From contig OZ242326.1 in NCBI GenBank assembly GCA_965208325.1, forward strand, positions 4,064,001 to 4,128,000: a DNA stretch of 64,000 bases. Reading direction: 5' to 3'. Below are positions 9,476 through 19,620 of this stretch, one piece after another (position 1 is the first letter of the stretch; every line of letters begins with the position of its first letter). A model generated the notes under the pieces. That model worked only from the letters and a program-made list of their open reading frames with translations, did not search any database and was not told the DNA's origin. Source of the stretch: Candidatus Poribacteria bacterium. GTDB lineage: Bacteria; Poribacteria; WGA-4E; PCPOR2b. A program made the translations under genes and the position numbers.

Positions 9476-11066
9476 ACGTCCGGTAATTTAAAAATGTCTT
9501 TCCGTTTGCTTCGATTTTTACGTCTGAAAGGGTTTCTGTTCTCAGATGTATCCCGTCATCGTCTAAAAAGTAGAGTGTTACGTTATGCGATCCCGCAGGA
9601 AGTGACATTCGCACGAGAGATATCTGATTTGGAAGTGTCTCCCAAGAGCGGGTGTCTGCCCGCTCTGTAGCGACGTTGAATAAATTCACGAGGTTACCAA
9701 GTAAATCCCCTTTCTTGTCCGCGCGGCGAAAAGCCAAGTATTTCAAAATTGCGCGCACGACGGTTCGGATCAGAATCGTATTCTGCTCGGACGCGAATGT
9801 GGCGAGAGCGGCGCCTTCAACATCTTCGACTAGGACACTGTTCGCCTGGATGTACGATGCGCGCGGTTCGGGATTTGGGATTTCCGAATGTTGGCTATCT
9901 GCATCAATCCTATCACGGTGAGTAGGATCTGACAAAGATTCAAATTCTAAATTGACCTGCACCAATCGAGGGCGATTCGATGTGTAGACCGGAATTGCTA
10001 CTCGCAACAGATATTCGAGTTCTACTTTCTCGTAACGGAGGTTTCTACGCCGCGAGACTGTGTCCGCGAATTCCCAGAGTTCGTCTTCGTTTTCTTCGCG
10101 CCTCTTTTTTCCGCTGACGATTGGGTCAGTTTTTAAGATTGGGAAATAGAGGTTTTCCGTAGTTTTGTGCGGGACAAAGCCACTTTCGTAGATGAAGATG
10201 AGTTCACCAAAACCGGGCGGAGACGGAAGCGATTCTCCATATAGTTCTGTGTAACGATTCAAATCTTCAACGAATCCCAAAAGGCGTGCGAGCCGAACGA
10301 GTGCATGTCCGATGTCGTCTGGCGGTGAAACGCCAAGCTGTGCTGCGTAACGCTGATACCCTGCCTCCGCCCATTGATAGGCAATATATGCGTTGTTCCA
10401 GTCCTCGACCCATTCATAGAAGATTCCCGAGAGATAAGCGACGAATGCTGCACCGGCAAAATTGTAGGTTTCGTCTTCATCGGAGTAGTATTGGAGAAGT
10501 TGGCCCGCACGCCGACATTCGACCAAGGCATCGTCCGGAAGATTCAGATAGGCGTAGTTAAGGGCGCGGTAGTAGTGAATAAGCATCCTTTCGTAACGTG
10601 TACCTGGATACGGACGAATAGTATCTGAGGTCAGAAGGGATGCAATCTCCTTGGAGATACTTTTCGTGTAAAGATCTTCGGCGATAATCTCGGCGCGTTC
10701 AAATTCCTGATTGCTTTCCTCAAAGCGATTTGCATAGTGGGCAATGAGACCTCGTTCGAAAAGGTAGGGGAGGTTTCTTTTTTTCGAATCCTCTTTATCA
10801 AGATGTGTTAATGCGGTTTCAAATTCTCCTCGTTCAATTGCGAGGCGCACTTCGTGCATGCTGTAACCGCCGCATCCGATGAGGATTGGCAGAATAAGTG
10901 AAAAGCCCACTCTCCATATGGCAAATTGTCCGCAAAAGTGTATTGCCAACAGACGAAAGAGAGATGGCCTATTTTGGCGGGGATTATCCGGCGATTGCAG
11001 CGATGGAAGCAAAATACGGGTTCGTCGGCGTGAAGGAACTGTGTGGGGAAAAAATTGCGTCGGCAT
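9468..11066 (-). CDS. COG3014-like TPR lipoprotein (LpoB-associated); true start may be further downstream
   Basis: Lipobox-like LIGC; YPGTRYERMLIHYYRALNY and ERADTRSWETLP motifs; adjacent to the lpoB-like gene. Confidence 0.75.
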   Translation of the reverse strand: MPTQFFPHTVPSRRRTRILLPSLQSPDNPRQNRPSLFRLLAIHFCGQFAIWRVGFSLILPILIGCGGYSMHEVRLAIERGEFETALTHLDKEDSKKRNLPYLFERGLIAHYANRFEESNQEFERAEIIAEDLYTKSISKEIASLLTSDTIRPYPGTRYERMLIHYYRALNYAYLNLPDDALVECRRAGQLLQYYSDEDETYNFAGAAFVAYLSGIFYEWVEDWNNAYIAYQWAEAGYQRYAAQLGVSPPDDIGHALVRLARLLGFVEDLNRYTELYGESLPSPPGFGELIFIYESGFVPHKTTENLYFPILKTDPIVSGKKRREENEDELWEFADTVSRRRNLRYEKVELEYLLRVAIPVYTSNRPRLVQVNLEFESLSDPTHRDRIDADSQHSEIPNPEPRASYIQANSVLVEDVEGAALATFASEQNTILIRTVVRAILKYLAFRRADKKGDLLGNLVNLFNVATERADTRSWETLPNQISLVRMSLPAGSHNVTLYFLDDDGIHLRTETLSDVKIEANGKTFLNYRTFE

Positions 11067-11069
11067 GCA

Positions 11070-11690
11070 CTAGAAGACAGCCTTCTTACGTTCGATAAGT
11101 TTCTTAATTTTCTTTTGCCCCAACCAAACCTTCTCATTTGATTCAATGTCTGTGAGGATTAAATCCACTTGGTAATAGGTGACCTGGGTACCACCTTCGC
11201 GATCTTGAATGGTGTTGATTTCGCCAGTCATCATATAGTCTGCGCCGTGTTCGCGCCGCATTCTCTTGATAGTTTCAGCACGTGCGAACTCACTCTGATC
11301 TTCTTTTTCCGCGCGAAGTTCCCCTCTTTCTTCTGCACTGGCGACGACGGTAACTCGGCCTGAATTGATGAAGGCACGTTCGATATCGTTCACAAATGTG
11401 TTAATTGCGATGTGTTCCATGCTCATATTACGAATCGCTCCAACAATGACGATGGGCTTCACGGCCTTGGATTGCGTCATGTGATTCGTGATCCACGGGT
11501 GATTTAGACAGTCCAAAATCATCGCCTCGGATACCTGACGAGAGTCCGTGTCGTTCCACCGTCCGGAAAGATCAACGGTGGTGTCTGTCTCAATGCGTTC
11601 TACAGTTTTATGGGCACTGCATCCAATAAACATGATTATTACAACAAGGAAATTAACCGTGTACAAATGATGTTTCGCTATGTTTTTCAT
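11070..11690 (-). CDS. lpoB: Penicillin-binding protein activator LpoB family lipoprotein
   Basis: Lipobox FIGC; DLSGRWNDTDSR, GADYMMTGEI, YYQVDLILTDIESNEKVW motifs. Confidence 0.8.
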   Translation of the reverse strand: MKNIAKHHLYTVNFLVVIIMFIGCSAHKTVERIETDTTVDLSGRWNDTDSRQVSEAMILDCLNHPWITNHMTQSKAVKPIVIVGAIRNMSMEHIAINTFVNDIERAFINSGRVTVVASAEERGELRAEKEDQSEFARAETIKRMRREHGADYMMTGEINTIQDREGGTQVTYYQVDLILTDIESNEKVWLGQKKIKKLIERKKAVF

Positions 11691-11783
11691 GATGTCTTCC
11701 TAAATTGTAGATGGGTTTATTCTAATTTTACGGTCGAAAGAACGGCTTCAACGATTGAAATTAATCAATTCATCTACATCAAA

Positions 11784-12647
11784 CTATTGGCGGATGAACT
11801 TCTGTAACCGTCCCTCTACCGCTACCTCGCCGACGTAAAGATCGCCATGGGAATCCATCCAAATGCCGTGCGGCGCGCCAAGGAATTCACCGGGAACCCG
11901 GCTTTTTTTCGCACCGCCCCAGTTAGTAATCTGTTTGCCGTCAAGTGTGTAGATACTAACTTGGCCTTCTGCTTCGGCAAGGTAAACGACATCGTCATTT
12001 GGGTCAAAATATACGGTGTCAGGGCGCCTCAAATCTGTCCACTCTGACAGGAAATGCCCGTCAGTATCGAAGATTTGGATTCGATTGTTCTCTCGGTCAC
12101 AAATCCAAACACGGTCGTGCTTGTCTATCCGCACACAATGGGATAGTTGGAACTGCCCTGGTCCGCTTCCCGATTCGCCCCAAGACATTAACAGGTCTCC
12201 GTCAGGCGAATACTTATGGACTCGTGAATTACCGTAGCCATCCGAAACGAACAGCTCGCCGGTTGAAGCAATTGCCAAATCCGTCGGAAGATTAAACGGG
12301 TCGCCATCCTTGGGTGCTGGTTGGCCGGGCACGCCGAGCGTCATCAACAGTTCTCCATCAGAATTAAGCTTACGTACGCAATGCGTGTTACGCTCGGTAC
12401 AGTAAACGTTGTCCTGGGCGTCAATGTATATACCGTGTGCATCCTCCAAGATGTCGTCACCCCACGACGCCAGGAAGTTTCCTTCGCGGTCAAAGATAAC
12501 TAACGGGTGTTCGCTGCGCGAGTAAACATAAACGCGATCCTGCGAATCACATGCGACCGCCGGAATCCAGCCCCATGTCCAACCTTCTGGCAACGTCCCC
12601 CAACCCTCTGCAACTTTGTATGTATAATCGCCTGAACCGAATGTCAT
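11784..12647 (-). CDS. NHL-repeat beta-propeller (peptidyl-alpha-hydroxyglycine alpha-amidating lyase family)
   Basis: FNLPTDLA, VSDGYGNSRVHK, GPGQF, DRENNRIQIF repeats. Confidence 0.88.
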   Translation of the reverse strand: MTFGSGDYTYKVAEGWGTLPEGWTWGWIPAVACDSQDRVYVYSRSEHPLVIFDREGNFLASWGDDILEDAHGIYIDAQDNVYCTERNTHCVRKLNSDGELLMTLGVPGQPAPKDGDPFNLPTDLAIASTGELFVSDGYGNSRVHKYSPDGDLLMSWGESGSGPGQFQLSHCVRIDKHDRVWICDRENNRIQIFDTDGHFLSEWTDLRRPDTVYFDPNDDVVYLAEAEGQVSIYTLDGKQITNWGGAKKSRVPGEFLGAPHGIWMDSHGDLYVGEVAVEGRLQKFIRQ

Positions 12648-12750
12648 CAGTCTTTACCTCTTGAAAACATATAGCTCATGTAGTTGAACAAAAAGATGTT
12701 GTAATTTGATGCGTCATCACGAATGCGGGTCAGGATATCCTGCGTAATAT

Positions 12751-12776
12751 GGGCGTCGAGTCTGAACACGCCCTAC
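12751..12776. repeat. REP-like palindrome ending in CTAC
   Basis: gggcgt..acgccc followed by tac; same GTAG/CTAC foot as other REPs in the window. Confidence 0.45.
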
Positions 12777-12855
12777 AATCCGCTATGACTCGCGAAACGA
12801 CATCCTCTAATGCATAAGCCCTGAATGAAAATGGGCGGGCAAAAACCTTCCAAGC

Positions 12856-13806
12856 TCATAATTCATTCACTGGAAAACGCGGCGCCCCACCTCTCAAGAC
12901 TGTTACTACGTCGTTTACGGCCGTGTCGCACATCCGGTCAATAGCCTCTTCCGTTTTGTATGCTGTCCAAGGTGTAGAGATTACGTTGTCCAGTTTTACG
13001 AGTGAGTCACCTGGCGGACAGGGCGCAGGATCGTGGACATCTATTGCCGCGCCTGCAATCTGCTTTTCCCTTAGTGCATTAATTAATGCGCTTTTATCCA
13101 CTACGTCCGGCCTACTAGTGTTTACCAGATATGCGTCCCTTTTCATCAACTTCAACCTTCGCTCGTCTATTAGTCCTTGCGTGTGCGCGTTGAGCGCGGT
13201 GTGCAGGGTAACAATGTCGGACTGAGCCATCAATTCATCCAGCGGGACGTATCGGATTTGCCAATCCTCTGCGAAGGCATGGTCATGATAAACGTCAAAC
13301 GCGAGAACGCTTGCACCAAATCCTCTTGCTTTTTTAATGACTTCCTGCCCTATTGCACCAGCGCCGATAACGCCTACGGTCATACTTGACAATTCCCTGC
13401 CTGCGAATTGCCTCCACTCTCCGTTTTTCATCTCCTGAGCCATAGCGGGAATGTTTCTTAATAGGCATAGGATGAGGCCGATAGTAAAATCTGAGACGGC
13501 ATGGCTTCCTGCACCTGGAGTTGTGGTAACCCAGACCGCATGCTTTGTCGCCGCTCTTAAGTCGACTTGGTCATAGCCTGCCCCTGTCCGTGCGATAATC
13601 TTCAGCTTGTCAGCCGCCTTAAATACCTTATCCGTATATCGTTCACTGCCAGCAATTACCGCGTCTATACCTCGTATTGTCCGGCAGAATTCATCTTCCG
13701 TTATATCACTCAGGGAGTCGTCAATTATTTCACAGTCATTCTTCTCCAAGCAAGTTCTGGCATCGTTGGTTAAATAATGCTGTGTATTGATTACGTTAAA
13801 TGGCAT
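12856..13806 (-). CDS. D-isomer-specific 2-hydroxyacid (phosphoglycerate) dehydrogenase family
   Basis: RTGAGYDQVD, GVIGAGAIG, LVNTSR, GAAIDV motifs; start moved from 13995 to the ATG at 13806 (MPFNVI). Confidence 0.85.
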   Translation of the reverse strand: MPFNVINTQHYLTNDARTCLEKNDCEIIDDSLSDITEDEFCRTIRGIDAVIAGSERYTDKVFKAADKLKIIARTGAGYDQVDLRAATKHAVWVTTTPGAGSHAVSDFTIGLILCLLRNIPAMAQEMKNGEWRQFAGRELSSMTVGVIGAGAIGQEVIKKARGFGASVLAFDVYHDHAFAEDWQIRYVPLDELMAQSDIVTLHTALNAHTQGLIDERRLKLMKRDAYLVNTSRPDVVDKSALINALREKQIAGAAIDVHDPAPCPPGDSLVKLDNVISTPWTAYKTEEAIDRMCDTAVNDVVTVLRGGAPRFPVNEL

Positions 13807-14042
13807 CAACTGAAACTCTTGATTTTCCTCTATTGTTAGTATTGTTGCGGTTACGTGAATACAGTTGACAGTATAGAGCATAATGGATACCATGTCAATA
13901 CAATTTTGGGTAATCAGATAAGATTTGAAAGTTTGGTAAAATTTGAAATTTGTAGTGTATAATAGATAATCTTCAATACGCAATCGGGTGAACAAAAACG
14001 GAATAGGGAAAGGTTCATTTCAATCCAATATGGAGGAAAGCG

Positions 14043-14807
14043 ATGACAGCCAGAAACGTGCTCATCACCGGCATGAGCGGGTTAATTGGAGGGGTAGTGT
14101 ACGAGCATTTAAACTCGGTAGGCAAGTATGCATTGAGTGCGCTCAACCGCCGCGATGTGCCGGGAATAAAATTATGGCGCGCAGATATCGCCGATTTAGA
14201 CGCAATCCGGCCAGCTTTTGAAGGGGTAGATGTGGTGGTGCATCTAGCAGCGATGGCACAAGGGGATGCGGCATGGGAAGAAGTGCTAGAACCGAATATC
14301 ATCGGAACTTACAATGTTTTCGAGGCGTCACGCCAAGCAGGTGTAAAACGCATCGTTTACGCTAGCAGCGGCTCAACCATAAGTCGGTGGGAATTGGATT
14401 ATCCGTACAGCGCTTTAGCCCAGGGGCGTTACGATGAAGCTCCCGAAACGTGGGAGAAAATAACGCACAAGTCGCCGGTACGCCCGGATGGACTTTATGG
14501 AGCAAGCAAGGTATGGGGGGAAGCATTAGCGCGGCATTTCTCGGACAATTGCGGTATTTCTACTATCTGTGTCCGCATCGGCGCGGTTACGGCTGAAAAC
14601 CGTCCGCGCCAGCCGCGCGAGTTTGCGGTCTGGTGCAGCCACCGCGACATTGCCCAGATGGTGGAGAAGTGTATTGAAGCGCCTGACAGCGTGCGGTTTG
14701 ACATCTTTTATGCGGTGTCAAACAACAAATGGGGTTACCGCGATTTTTCACACGCTAGCGAGGTCATCGGCTATGAACCACAGGATTCTGCAGAAACGCA
14801 TCGTTAG
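14043..14807 (+). CDS. NAD-dependent epimerase/dehydratase (uronate dehydrogenase-like SDR)
   Basis: TGMSGLIG, VVHLAA, YGASK; GGAGG RBS. Confidence 0.88.
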   Translation: MTARNVLITGMSGLIGGVVYEHLNSVGKYALSALNRRDVPGIKLWRADIADLDAIRPAFEGVDVVVHLAAMAQGDAAWEEVLEPNIIGTYNVFEASRQAGVKRIVYASSGSTISRWELDYPYSALAQGRYDEAPETWEKITHKSPVRPDGLYGASKVWGEALARHFSDNCGISTICVRIGAVTAENRPRQPREFAVWCSHRDIAQMVEKCIEAPDSVRFDIFYAVSNNKWGYRDFSHASEVIGYEPQDSAETHR

Positions 14808-14817
14808 CCCTAATTCA

Positions 14818-15822
14818 TCATTTTAATGCTTTGCCGTCTTTTATGCCGCAACCGGCCATTAGCACGCGTTGAACGGCCAGGTCGTGTGATAACGTGTAGT
14901 CAGGTTCCTTGACGCCTCGAATGCAGGCGGATAATTCGCGCAAAAGCGACGGAAGCTCCTTCGGCGGTTTGATAGAGAGTTGCTGCCACCCTGCCTGGTA
15001 ATCCTCAAAGGGATTTTCTAAACATAGACTGAGATTGCCTGATCCAATCTGTGCGTGGATGGCGGTGCCTTCTGTTCCGTAGACTTCGATTCGGCGCGTC
15101 CGATCCATCCCTACATGCATGGCTGCAGTGTCAATTGTGCCAAGGCCGTTCTCGAACTCATGTACCACGACGGCGTTGTCCACGTGAATTGGATTATCGC
15201 CGTAGTGTTTTCCCAGCACAGGATGGATATGCTTCGGTTCTCCCATCGCTGCGACCATTAGATCTACGAGATGGCCAGCCATCTCGAAATAGACAGCAGC
15301 GTGGTACATACCGAATTCCGATTCCAACTCTGGATGCCACGCCTTGGGCTTAGGTATATGTCCGCGATAGTAGAAAATTTCTCCCAACGCGCCAGATTTT
15401 GCCAACCGGATGATTTCATGGATGGCTGGGTTGTAGCGCCACATATACGCCATCTGAAGCATCAATCCCTCGCGCGCCGCGATTTTTTGAACACGCGTTA
15501 GGTGCTCCAAGTCCGCGCCCGCGGGTTTTTCTAACAATACATGTTTGCCCGCTTCCAATGCACGTTCCGCATAATCTAAATTCTGGTAAACATGCCCTTC
15601 AACAACTACGGCTTCGGCATCGCTATCCAAAACGGCTTGGAGGGAGGGAAAAACCGGGATAGCGGGTAGTAATTCAGACCACGCTTTCCTTTTTTGAAGG
15701 ACGTCTTCATCAGGCTCGAACATCCCGATTAACTGAAACTCGTTAGGGCGTTGAGCTGCCTCGCGGACGTGCATAACGGCGTGACTGTGCCAGACTCCCA
15801 AGAAGGCGAATTTTAGCGGCAT
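14818..15822 (-). CDS. Gfo/Idh/MocA family oxidoreductase
   Basis: AGKHVLLEKP, YMWRYNP, GHLVD motifs. Confidence 0.88.
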   Translation of the reverse strand: MPLKFAFLGVWHSHAVMHVREAAQRPNEFQLIGMFEPDEDVLQKRKAWSELLPAIPVFPSLQAVLDSDAEAVVVEGHVYQNLDYAERALEAGKHVLLEKPAGADLEHLTRVQKIAAREGLMLQMAYMWRYNPAIHEIIRLAKSGALGEIFYYRGHIPKPKAWHPELESEFGMYHAAVYFEMAGHLVDLMVAAMGEPKHIHPVLGKHYGDNPIHVDNAVVVHEFENGLGTIDTAAMHVGMDRTRRIEVYGTEGTAIHAQIGSGNLSLCLENPFEDYQAGWQQLSIKPPKELPSLLRELSACIRGVKEPDYTLSHDLAVQRVLMAGCGIKDGKALK

Positions 15823-15862
15823 CCTTGCCTCGATATTTAGGAATAGAAGTAAGCGAGAATCT

Positions 15863-16861
15863 TTATTGCGGTGATGGTCCGATTATGGACAAGATTTCAG
15901 ATTTGGTCAGGCTGCGTACGTTGAATTTGAGCTTTTCAAAGAACGGTGTTAGATCTTCGCCGGCCACTTGGCTTAAAAAATAAACGAGAACACTGGTGCT
16001 CATGCGTTCAAGCGTTTTTTCGTGGAATTTTTCCTTTTCAATCAATCGGAAAACCTTCGCGTAAAAGTCTTCGCCGAAGCGAGATTTCAGTTTAGAAACG
16101 AGCGAATAAGAGTAATCATATCTCCACTTTGTAAGTGCAGGTACGCCTATTGTTCCGGAGCTCCAGTTTTGAACCATGTTTACGCCGTCAGCGTTTACTC
16201 TTATGTCATTTTCGATGTCTATTTTACCAAAATATCCTTGCTTAACATATTCCACTTCGACCAACACAGACAGTCCTTCCGCGAACCACGATGGAATGTT
16301 ATATATTTCGGTAAAGGCGTGGGTTAATTCGTGCGCTTGTGTGCCTTTTTGTTGCATCATGTTAAGCGGAAAGTGTATGCGAGCGCTAGTGACCTGTTTA
16401 ATCAGTTCTCCTCCGTCAAGCATAATCTGGGCGCCTGAGGAAGTTACCGCCGCATGCGTGCGCCCTCGAGAGGGCGGGTGAAGCACCACTTCAATTCGGT
16501 AATTTGGTTCAAATTTCAAAATGTCGTAAACGAAATTATAGAGACTCTCCAAGGACACCAAAATCCCACGCCCTGTATCCTGCCGCTCTTGAGCTTCGTC
16601 ATAATCCTCATGTTGCAACAGCGTTTCGTCAAAAGTCAATGTGAAATGTTCGCTATTTACCGTTAGCCCATCGGGGGTTGCGTTAAATTCGGAGGTCGGC
16701 CGTTCATACAGCACGTGCCGTTCTTTTCGTTCATTCTTGACACGTTCTTGTCTTCGCTGTTGCGCTTCGTTTAAGGCGGCGCAACCTGTACAGAAGAGCA
16801 CAGCCAGGAGCACAATCAACGCGTAGCCGATGCTGCTGCGAGATTGGCTATGGTATTTCAT
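15863..16861 (-). CDS. Lipoprotein with a gluzincin (peptidase MA-like) HExxH domain
   Basis: Lipobox CTGC; AHELTH..PSWFAEGLS. Confidence 0.65.
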   Translation of the reverse strand: MKYHSQSRSSIGYALIVLLAVLFCTGCAALNEAQQRRQERVKNERKERHVLYERPTSEFNATPDGLTVNSEHFTLTFDETLLQHEDYDEAQERQDTGRGILVSLESLYNFVYDILKFEPNYRIEVVLHPPSRGRTHAAVTSSGAQIMLDGGELIKQVTSARIHFPLNMMQQKGTQAHELTHAFTEIYNIPSWFAEGLSVLVEVEYVKQGYFGKIDIENDIRVNADGVNMVQNWSSGTIGVPALTKWRYDYSYSLVSKLKSRFGEDFYAKVFRLIEKEKFHEKTLERMSTSVLVYFLSQVAGEDLTPFFEKLKFNVRSLTKSEILSIIGPSPQ

Positions 16862-16895
16862 CGGTTGTCCTCCTTGGCGAAAATAATGTCAGGCA

Positions 16896-17663
16896 TCAAA
16901 GCGGCGTGTCGTAACATGTATCTTTTAAGAAAGCCAACATCCGCATGCGTTTCGGTGTCGCGTCTTCAAAGAGTTCCGGCGTATAATAACCTCCGTCTTT
17001 GTGGTAGAGCCATTTTATATGCGCTGCTTCCTCTGGCGACCTCGGGTTCTGGAGGTAGTTGATGTAGATTGCTCTCCGCCCTACGGCTTCGCCGAAGGCG
17101 GCATGATAAAGTTTTACATTGAATACTACAACGTCGCCCGGATTGGACGCGATTGAATATGTGCCGGGAACATCCCTTCCTAACGGCAGTATGTCTCCGC
17201 CGTATCGTTCCATCCGCTGTCGGTAAGGCAAAAAGTGGCTTCCCGGTAACACCGAGAGACATCCTGTGTCTGCGTTAACTGGGTCTAAGTAGAGCACAAC
17301 TTTCAGGTGGATATGGTCCCCGGGCGATACATCGTCATGATGCCACCAAGTGTTGCCGAACCGATACGCGCCTTCGGATGTGCTAAATACGAAGTGCTTT
17401 CCAAGCAAATCCTCGACCACCTCACAGACTGCGTCACTGTCAAGCAAACGATGATACACCGCCGGATTATACTCAAAGAACCGCATCACGGCTATTGTCT
17501 TCGTTATGTCCTCGTATGTTCCCGCCAACCTTGCGCCCGCGGCTATCCGAAACGTCTCATCAAAGGCATTGATGTAAGTGCGTATCTCATTTGGCGGGAT
17601 GAAGTTCTTCAGAAAAATAAATCCCAAGGTTTCAAACTGGTGTATTTGCTTTTCTGTAAGCAT
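16896..17663 (-). CDS. Phytanoyl-CoA dioxygenase (PhyH) family Fe/2OG oxygenase
   Basis: FETLGF, WHHD, GCLSVLPGSH, PGDVVVF..YH. Confidence 0.88.
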   Translation of the reverse strand: MLTEKQIHQFETLGFIFLKNFIPPNEIRTYINAFDETFRIAAGARLAGTYEDITKTIAVMRFFEYNPAVYHRLLDSDAVCEVVEDLLGKHFVFSTSEGAYRFGNTWWHHDDVSPGDHIHLKVVLYLDPVNADTGCLSVLPGSHFLPYRQRMERYGGDILPLGRDVPGTYSIASNPGDVVVFNVKLYHAAFGEAVGRRAIYINYLQNPRSPEEAAHIKWLYHKDGGYYTPELFEDATPKRMRMLAFLKDTCYDTPL

Positions 17664-17841
17664 TTCTCCGAACCTATTAGCCGTGAACTAAAATGTACGG
17701 AACGACGGTTGGAATAATCTTACCACGAATTGGGTTTAATTGCAATGCGATATGCGCTACCGGCTTTTCGTGCTTGCAAGCGGCCGCAAATTTTGATAGT
17801 ATACTTTAACCTGAACATCCACAATGAAATGGGGAGGAATC

Positions 17842-19113
17842 ATGAAACTACCGAGAATGATTCGAGTGAAACAACGATTTGAAGCGCCAGTGGTCGACAA
17901 TCTTCCGGAAGCTATTTCCGACGAATTGGATCGCATTGATGCCGGGGCGATTGTGGGTAAGGGTAGCAGTGTTGCCGTGACGGCGGGGAGCCGCGGCGTT
18001 GCAGACATCGGAGTAATAGTCAAGGCGGCGGTAGATTACCTCAAACGAATTGGCGCCAAGCCGTTTATCGTGCCGGCGATGGGCAGTCACGGCGGCGCCA
18101 CCGCGGAAGGACAGCGCGAAGTGTTGGCGCATTACGGCATAACGGATGAGAGTATGGGTGTCCCCATCAAGGCTACCATGGAGGTGGTGGAAATCGGTCA
18201 GACAGCGGACAAGTTGCCGGTGTTTTTGGATCGATATGCCGCCGAAGCCGATCATATCCTTCCCCTCAATCGAATCAAAGCCCATACTGACTTCAGCGGT
18301 TCTATTGAAAGCGGCCTAATGAAAATAATGGCGATTGGATTGGGCAAACAGAAGGGAGCGAATACATATCATCGCGCATCGATTCAGCACGGTTTCGAAC
18401 ACGTCATTACATCGGTGGGAAGCCTAGTATTAGGCACCGGAAAAGTCGCGTTTGGAATTGGGATTATTGAAAACGCTTTCGAACAGACAGCAAAAGTTGC
18501 CGCGCTGCGATCCGGTGAACTGTTGTCTGGGGAGCGCGAACTTCTGATAGAGTCCAAAGCGCTTATGGGACGACTTCCTTTTGACACGCTGGATTTCCTC
18601 ATTGTGGACTACATGGGGAAAAATATCAGCGGAACAGGTATGGACACAAACATCATTGGCAGGCGGCTGCAAACTTTAGGGGTTGAACCTGAGAAACCCA
18701 AGATTATACGCATCTTCGTCCGAGATGTAACAGACGCCAGCGACGGCAATGCGACAGGAATTGGATTGGCAGATTTCACGACAACACGCCTTGTGGATAG
18801 GATTGACCGGCATGCGACGTACATGAATGGAATTACCGGTTTAGGACCCCAGAAATCGAGAATTCCATTTCACTACGACAACGATCGTGAAGCGATTGAG
18901 ATAGCGCTACAGACGATTGGATTAACTCCGCCAGAACTAGCGAATGTTATTCGCATTGAGAACACACTGAAATTGACGGAAGTAGATATCTCTGAATCGT
19001 TGCTTGAAGCGGCAAAACTGCGCAGCGATTTGGAGGTCATCGGCAGGTTGAGTTCGCTTGAATTTGACTCTTCGGGCAATCTGTTGCCGTTCTCAATCTA
19101 TAGATTTGCATAA
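17842..19113 (+). CDS. Lactate racemase-like (DUF2088/DUF362-type) domain protein
   Basis: GSRGVA, VPAMGSHGGATAEGQ, NRIKAHT, GKNISGTGMDTNIIGR; GGAGG RBS before the ATG at 17842. Confidence 0.75.
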   Translation: MKLPRMIRVKQRFEAPVVDNLPEAISDELDRIDAGAIVGKGSSVAVTAGSRGVADIGVIVKAAVDYLKRIGAKPFIVPAMGSHGGATAEGQREVLAHYGITDESMGVPIKATMEVVEIGQTADKLPVFLDRYAAEADHILPLNRIKAHTDFSGSIESGLMKIMAIGLGKQKGANTYHRASIQHGFEHVITSVGSLVLGTGKVAFGIGIIENAFEQTAKVAALRSGELLSGERELLIESKALMGRLPFDTLDFLIVDYMGKNISGTGMDTNIIGRRLQTLGVEPEKPKIIRIFVRDVTDASDGNATGIGLADFTTTRLVDRIDRHATYMNGITGLGPQKSRIPFHYDNDREAIEIALQTIGLTPPELANVIRIENTLKLTEVDISESLLEAAKLRSDLEVIGRLSSLEFDSSGNLLPFSIYRFA

Positions 19114-19209
19114 ACGGCGTCCAACGCATTTGTTGGCTAATAAAAGCGTTGACCGTTTGATTGCCGCAGTAATGGCTACAATTTAGAATCAGATGTAGGG
19201 ATTTTAGAC

Positions 19210-19617
19210 ATGGAAGGACGTTCAACGGGCATTCTGCGCCGGGTATTTCGCAATCCGTTTATCGGGGGTTTGCTTGCAGTTGCTCTCGTGTTGATGCTCG
19301 TCCTCTTTTTCTCACAATGGTACTTGATTACCGAGCTGTTAGATTTGACCTTAGATCTTGTGGAGAAGGAACTGATACGGCAGGCACCTGAAGGTGTGGA
19401 GGCATCGGAAATTTCAAGCACATTTGAAAATCTCAGAGAAGCGCTAATGAAAATGCCGATGAGCTACATTTCAGGTAAGATAAGTCTGAGAAAGGTTAAC
19501 GCAGCTGCGAATTACGCGAAAAGTGCGAACAAGGACGGCGAATGGACTTCAGAGGAGGTCAACACGATGCTAATCATGATGAATGCGGCTGTGGGATTCA
19601 AGCGCGGGGAAATTTAA
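19210..19617 (+). CDS. Hypothetical protein with one N-terminal TM helix
   Basis: 135-aa ORF with a hydrophobic segment; 3 bp before the next gene. Confidence 0.65.
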   Translation: MEGRSTGILRRVFRNPFIGGLLAVALVLMLVLFFSQWYLITELLDLTLDLVEKELIRQAPEGVEASEISSTFENLREALMKMPMSYISGKISLRKVNAAANYAKSANKDGEWTSEEVNTMLIMMNAAVGFKRGEI

Positions 19618-19620
19618 CGG

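Noticed and set aside
13807..13995. Long N-terminal extension of the dehydrogenase
   Set aside because: AT-rich region between divergent genes; family similarity starts near MPFNVI.
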